Shown here one piece after another: positions 60,659-64,000 of a stretch of DNA of 64,000 nucleotides (position 1 is its first letter; every line of letters starts with the position of its first letter). This DNA is from an uncultured Gammaproteobacteria bacterium (lineage in GTDB: Bacteria > Patescibacteriota > Patescibacteriia > UBA1558 > 2-01-FULL-52-15). A program made the translations under genes and the position numbers. The notes under the pieces were generated by a model. That model saw only the letters and a list, made by a program, of their open reading frames with translations, was not told where the DNA came from and made no database searches. The stretch covers positions 416,079-480,078 of the forward strand of contig CAYOCJ010000001.1 of assembly GCA_964402565.1 (NCBI GenBank), written 5' to 3'.

Positions 60659-62382
60659 CAAACGATTCCATAACAGTATTTGCCTCTACTAATTTCCGCA
60701 ATCGCCAGCAGCGATTCGGCATTAAGGCTGATGATCGTCGCCGGCATATGTATTTGATCGGTAAAACCGGCATGGGCAAGTCTGAAATGCTGAAGAATAT
60801 GGCAATTCAGGATATTCGCAATGGTCATGGCGTTGCTGTGGTCGATCCTCACGGCGACATGGTAGAAACGGTCCTGCGTTTCGTGCCGCGCGAACGGATC
60901 AATGATGTGGTGTATTTCAATCCGTCCGACCTTGATTTCCCGATCGCATTCAATGTACTTGAAAAAGTATCACTAGAGCAGCGCCATTTAGTTGCGTCAG
61001 GCCTGATAGGCGTTTTCAAAAAGATCTGGGCCGACTCCTGGGGGCCTCGTCTCGAATACGTCCTGCACAATGCAATCTCTGCGTTGCTGGAGTATCCCGG
61101 CTCGACCTTACTGAGTATTATGCGAATGCTCACGGATAAGGCTTTCCGCAAGCGCGTCGTTGAAAAGATCAATGACCCCGTCGTAAAAGCATTCTGGGTG
61201 GAGGAGTATTCGAAATATCCTGACCGGTTCCAGGCTGAAGCGATCGCACCGATCCAAAACAAAGTCGGACGATTCCTCACATCTGCTCTCATGAGAAATA
61301 TTGTAGGACAGGTCGCTTCATCGATCAACGTCCGTGAGATGATGGATAATCAGAAGATCTTTCTTATTAATTTGTCAAAAGGACGCGTCGGAGAAGATAA
61401 TTCGGCCTTGCTCGGTGCTCTGCTGATCACAAAAATGCAGCTTGCTGCAATGAGCCGTGTCGATATACCCGAAAAAGATCGTAAAGATTTTTATTTGTAT
61501 GTTGACGAGTTTCAAAATTTTGCCACCGAAAGTTTTGCCGGTATTCTGTCTGAAGCCAGAAAGTATCGCCTGAATCTAATTTTGGCACACCAATATATTG
61601 CGCAGCTCGTGCATGATGGCAATAGTACGGTTCGCGATGCGGTATTCGGCAACGTAGGCACCTTGGTTACATTCAGAGTCGGTGCTGCTGACGCTGAATT
61701 TATGGAACCGGAGTTTATGCCGGCTTTGACACAGGAGGACCTGGTCAACTTACCGAAGTATCAGATCTATTTGAAACTTATGATCGATGGCGTTACCTCG
61801 AATGCTTTTTCAGCATCGACTTTGCCACCGTATGAGCCGCCGGCTGATGCGGCTGAAATCGTTGATAAGGTTATTAAAGTTTCTCGCGAACGATACGCAA
61901 AACCTCGCGAGGTGATTGAGGACAAAATCATTCGCTGGGCCGAAAATACCGGCGATGACCAGCCGAAGGCCAGCCACGATACCCAATCAACACAAGCTGC
62001 CGCGCCGAGGGTTTATGAAGCAGGCGGGTCCCGTGACCGATCAACTTCAGATATAAAGGCTCCGAAAGGTGATGCGAAACTATTCGATGCTACCTGTTCT
62101 AACTGCGGCAAGAAAACAACCACGAAATTTAAACCCGATCCCAAGCGGCCCGTATACTGCCCTGAATGCCTGCAAAAGGTTAAAGCTGGCCTGCTGCAAC
62201 CTGCTCCAGTACAAGCTGCTGCACCGATTCCAAAGGAAGTCTCTTTGATGGAGGCTATTTCATCTCATCAACAAAAGAGACCTGTAAAGACAGATGATTT
62301 GGTAGGCTCGCTCGACGATAAGCCCGCAAATCGCCTGCTCCAGCCGAACCAAGTTATACACCTAAGCGATAGTAAAAACTGA
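60655..62382 (+). CDS. FtsK/HerA-superfamily P-loop ATPase most similar to type IV coupling proteins (TraD/VirD4-like), no TM segments, C-terminal zinc ribbon
   Basis: Walker A GKTGMGKSE followed by VAVVDPHGD, Walker B FYLYVDEFQNF, and RKYRLNLILAHQYIAQL, a T4CP-like arginine finger/Q motif. C-terminal CSNCG...CPEC zinc ribbon. Confidence 0.7.
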   Translation: MTNDSITVFASTNFRNRQQRFGIKADDRRRHMYLIGKTGMGKSEMLKNMAIQDIRNGHGVAVVDPHGDMVETVLRFVPRERINDVVYFNPSDLDFPIAFNVLEKVSLEQRHLVASGLIGVFKKIWADSWGPRLEYVLHNAISALLEYPGSTLLSIMRMLTDKAFRKRVVEKINDPVVKAFWVEEYSKYPDRFQAEAIAPIQNKVGRFLTSALMRNIVGQVASSINVREMMDNQKIFLINLSKGRVGEDNSALLGALLITKMQLAAMSRVDIPEKDRKDFYLYVDEFQNFATESFAGILSEARKYRLNLILAHQYIAQLVHDGNSTVRDAVFGNVGTLVTFRVGAADAEFMEPEFMPALTQEDLVNLPKYQIYLKLMIDGVTSNAFSASTLPPYEPPADAAEIVDKVIKVSRERYAKPREVIEDKIIRWAENTGDDQPKASHDTQSTQAAAPRVYEAGGSRDRSTSDIKAPKGDAKLFDATCSNCGKKTTTKFKPDPKRPVYCPECLQKVKAGLLQPAPVQAAAPIPKEVSLMEAISSHQQKRPVKTDDLVGSLDDKPANRLLQPNQVIHLSDSKN

Positions 62383-62389
62383 GAAAAAG

Positions 62390-62398
62390 TGATATAAT
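62390..62398 (+). promoter_or_regulatory. extended -10 promoter (TGaTATAAT) for the pilin gene
   Basis: tgatataat lies 68 nt upstream of the pilin ATG, directly after the ATPase stop. Confidence 0.45.
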
Positions 62399-62413
62399 CT
62401 AGTAAACCTACGA

Positions 62414-62436
62414 TATCCACTGGAATAATGTGGATA
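62414..62436. promoter_or_regulatory. perfect 7-bp inverted repeat TATCCAC-N9-GTGGATA between pilin promoter and start codon (candidate operator)
   Basis: Seen directly in the sequence. Positioned +15 to +40 relative to the putative -10. Confidence 0.35.
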
Positions 62437-62465
62437 ACTAGGACTAAGTATATATATAACAAAAC

Positions 62466-62981
62466 ATGAAATTACAAAGCAAAAAGGGATTTACGCTTAT
62501 CGAACTTATCATCGTTGTAGCCATCATTGGTTTATTGGCAGCAGCTTTATTCGTAGCTATTGACCCTGCAAAGCGCGTGGGTGACGCCCGTGACGCGCGT
62601 CGCTATGCTGACGTAACTTCTGTTTTGAACGCTATTTTACAATATACGGTTGACGCTAACGGATTGCCAACGCCAGTTGCTAATATGACTCCCGGCAACT
62701 ACTATGTCATAGCACAAGGCCAAGGACAGCTCACCAGCGGTGCAACCAGCGACAATGCTGATTGTGTGGAACTTCTCGGCACCAGCGGAGCTCAATCGAA
62801 CTACGGACAAATCAATCTTTGGACTGCTCTGACCGATAAGTATATAGCGACCATGCCTGTTGATCCATCGCAGACCGCAAGCAGTACTGGCTATTACATC
62901 AAGAAGAGCTCGAGTAATAGAATTTTGGTCGGATCTTGTCTGAAGTCGAATTCTACGAACTCGATTGAAGTGCAGAGATAA
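62466..62981 (+). CDS. type IV pilin (major-pilin-like, 171 aa)
   Basis: Prepilin leader plus G-FTLIELIIVVAIIGLLAA N-methylation domain, with a C-terminal Cys pair (CVELLG...GSC). Confidence 0.85.
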   Translation: MKLQSKKGFTLIELIIVVAIIGLLAAALFVAIDPAKRVGDARDARRYADVTSVLNAILQYTVDANGLPTPVANMTPGNYYVIAQGQGQLTSGATSDNADCVELLGTSGAQSNYGQINLWTALTDKYIATMPVDPSQTASSTGYYIKKSSSNRILVGSCLKSNSTNSIEVQR

Positions 62982-63004
62982 GTGCAATACATTTACACTT
63001 GAAC

Positions 63005-63031
63005 AAAAACCTTCTACTCAAGAAGGTTTTT
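63005..63031 (+). terminator. intrinsic terminator after pilin gene
   Basis: aaaaaccttct-actca-agaagg-ttttt. Confidence 0.6.
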
Positions 63032-63048
63032 GATTTAGAAAAGCTCAG

Positions 63049-64000
63049 ATGAATTTGTCGAGTACACGAAGCAAGGCAGCATTTGATCTATGGACATTAT
63101 TGCCCTTGTTTTTCATACTCGTCTCAGTATACCTCTATTTGCCGGCGATTCATTACCCATTTATTTGGGACGACGAAGCTCAGGTAGTTAATAATGAATT
63201 GATCCGTCATGCGTCGAACCTGCCGCGCCTCTTATTGGGTCCGACATTTGATGTGGGAGGAGGAGTACTTGCCGGGGCTTATTGGAGACCCTTAGTCGTT
63301 ATTTCAAACTTCATCAATTACCAGATCTGGGGTGAGAATCCTGCAGGATTCCGCTTGTATCAGCTCGGGTTGCATTGCGCAGTCATACTGCTGCTTTTTA
63401 TTCTCATCAAACAACTGGCAGAACTCTTTCAAGTCGCTCAATCAAAGGAGTTGGCGCTGCTGGTGACGTCGCTCTATGCCGTACAGCCAGTACATGTCGA
63501 ATCGGTCATTTACATCGGCAGCATAGGCGAGGTCCTCTATACCTTATTTTCGATCGCTGCTCTTATTTTTTTTACAAAAAGCTTATTGATTTCTGATCAA
63601 AAAAAGCAGCTGAATTTTGAAATTGTATTTTTTATTCTTACAGGCATCGCGCTGCTAGCCAAAGAAAGCGCTGTCGTCGTTTTTTTGATCGCAGCTTTTT
63701 TGGGCTACGTCGCACATCGTAAAGGATCCCGCTTTTGGCTTCGCTATATAACCGGCGCTTCAGCAACTGTCGGTGTGTATGCATTCCTGCGCTTATTCAT
63801 CGCACATGTTGTTTTTATCAAAGATTACGGTTCGTATATATCCAGTGCGTCCTTGTATGAACGGCTGCTGACCGTGCCGTATGTCATTTTGTCATATATC
63901 GTCAAGCTGACCGTGCCGGTGCGCCTGGTCATCTATGAGAATAAGGTCGTTCATAGCCCGCTCGATCCTGCGTTTTGGCTATATGGAACTGGCGTTTTGG
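63049..64000 (+). CDS. GT-C superfamily membrane glycosyltransferase (PMT/ArnT-like), 3'-partial
   Basis: ORF open to the window end, so it is not in the ORF track. First periplasmic loop carries the DE catalytic motif (FIWDDEAQVVNN), followed by YWRPL and multiple TM helices. Confidence 0.55.
   Translation, partial: MNLSSTRSKAAFDLWTLLPLFFILVSVYLYLPAIHYPFIWDDEAQVVNNELIRHASNLPRLLLGPTFDVGGGVLAGAYWRPLVVISNFINYQIWGENPAGFRLYQLGLHCAVILLLFILIKQLAELFQVAQSKELALLVTSLYAVQPVHVESVIYIGSIGEVLYTLFSIAALIFFTKSLLISDQKKQLNFEIVFFILTGIALLAKESAVVVFLIAAFLGYVAHRKGSRFWLRYITGASATVGVYAFLRLFIAHVVFIKDYGSYISSASLYERLLTVPYVILSYIVKLTVPVRLVIYENKVVHSPLDPAFWLYGTGVL

Overview
This reads as a compact bacterial chromosome segment. 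Genes are tightly packed and almost all on the + strand, with many 4-nt ATGA stop/start overlaps and no rRNA, CRISPR or IS elements. The housekeeping content (type IV pilins, ADP-forming acetyl-CoA synthetase, a cell-envelope-heavy gene set) suggests a Patescibacteria/CPR-like or other small-genome organism; that placement is inference only.

Core genes, left to right:
- pyrG 3' end
- PfkB-family kinase, ADP-forming acetyl-CoA synthetase
- a Cys-rich pilin-like protein
- recJ, rnhA, holB, frr, rseP
- mreB-mreC-mreD-pbp2, greA, a second mreB
- an unannotated RNase P RNA
- a glycan-synthesis cluster: priming sugar-phosphate transferase, three GT4 glycosyltransferases, a large DUF4012-like protein, murJ
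- lepA, an FtsB-like protein, a PrsA-like PPIase, tRNA-Thr
- ftsE, ftsX, rpmA, lexA, a NifU-like protein
- a partial dcw cluster: mraY, ftsW, a murG-murC fusion, murB
- hpf, secA, secD, secF
- a sigma-region-4/HTH protein, a membrane protein, a VirD4/TraD-like coupling-type ATPase, a type IV pilin
- a partial GT-C glycosyltransferase

The standout region is an apparently AT-richer ~10.7-kb segment (about 888-11567) between the pyrG terminators and an intact tRNA-Gln:
- A minus-strand defence operon: small HTH protein, HsdR-like nuclease/helicase, HsdM::HsdS fusion, and a standalone HsdR-N-like PD-(D/E)xK nuclease.
- A plus-strand set of small unknown genes ending in a large serine recombinase. 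Its last ~11 codons are encoded antisense by the 3' end of tRNA-Gln.
- A degenerate copy of that tRNA 3' end just after pyrG.

I read this as an integrated island carrying an unusual split Type I / Type IIB-like restriction-modification system.

Other points worth a second look:
- a murG-murC gene fusion
- a parvulin-like segment embedded in SecD
- a sigma4/HARE-HTH + membrane protein + T4CP-like ATPase + pilin module
- a Cys-rich-repeat pilin-like protein
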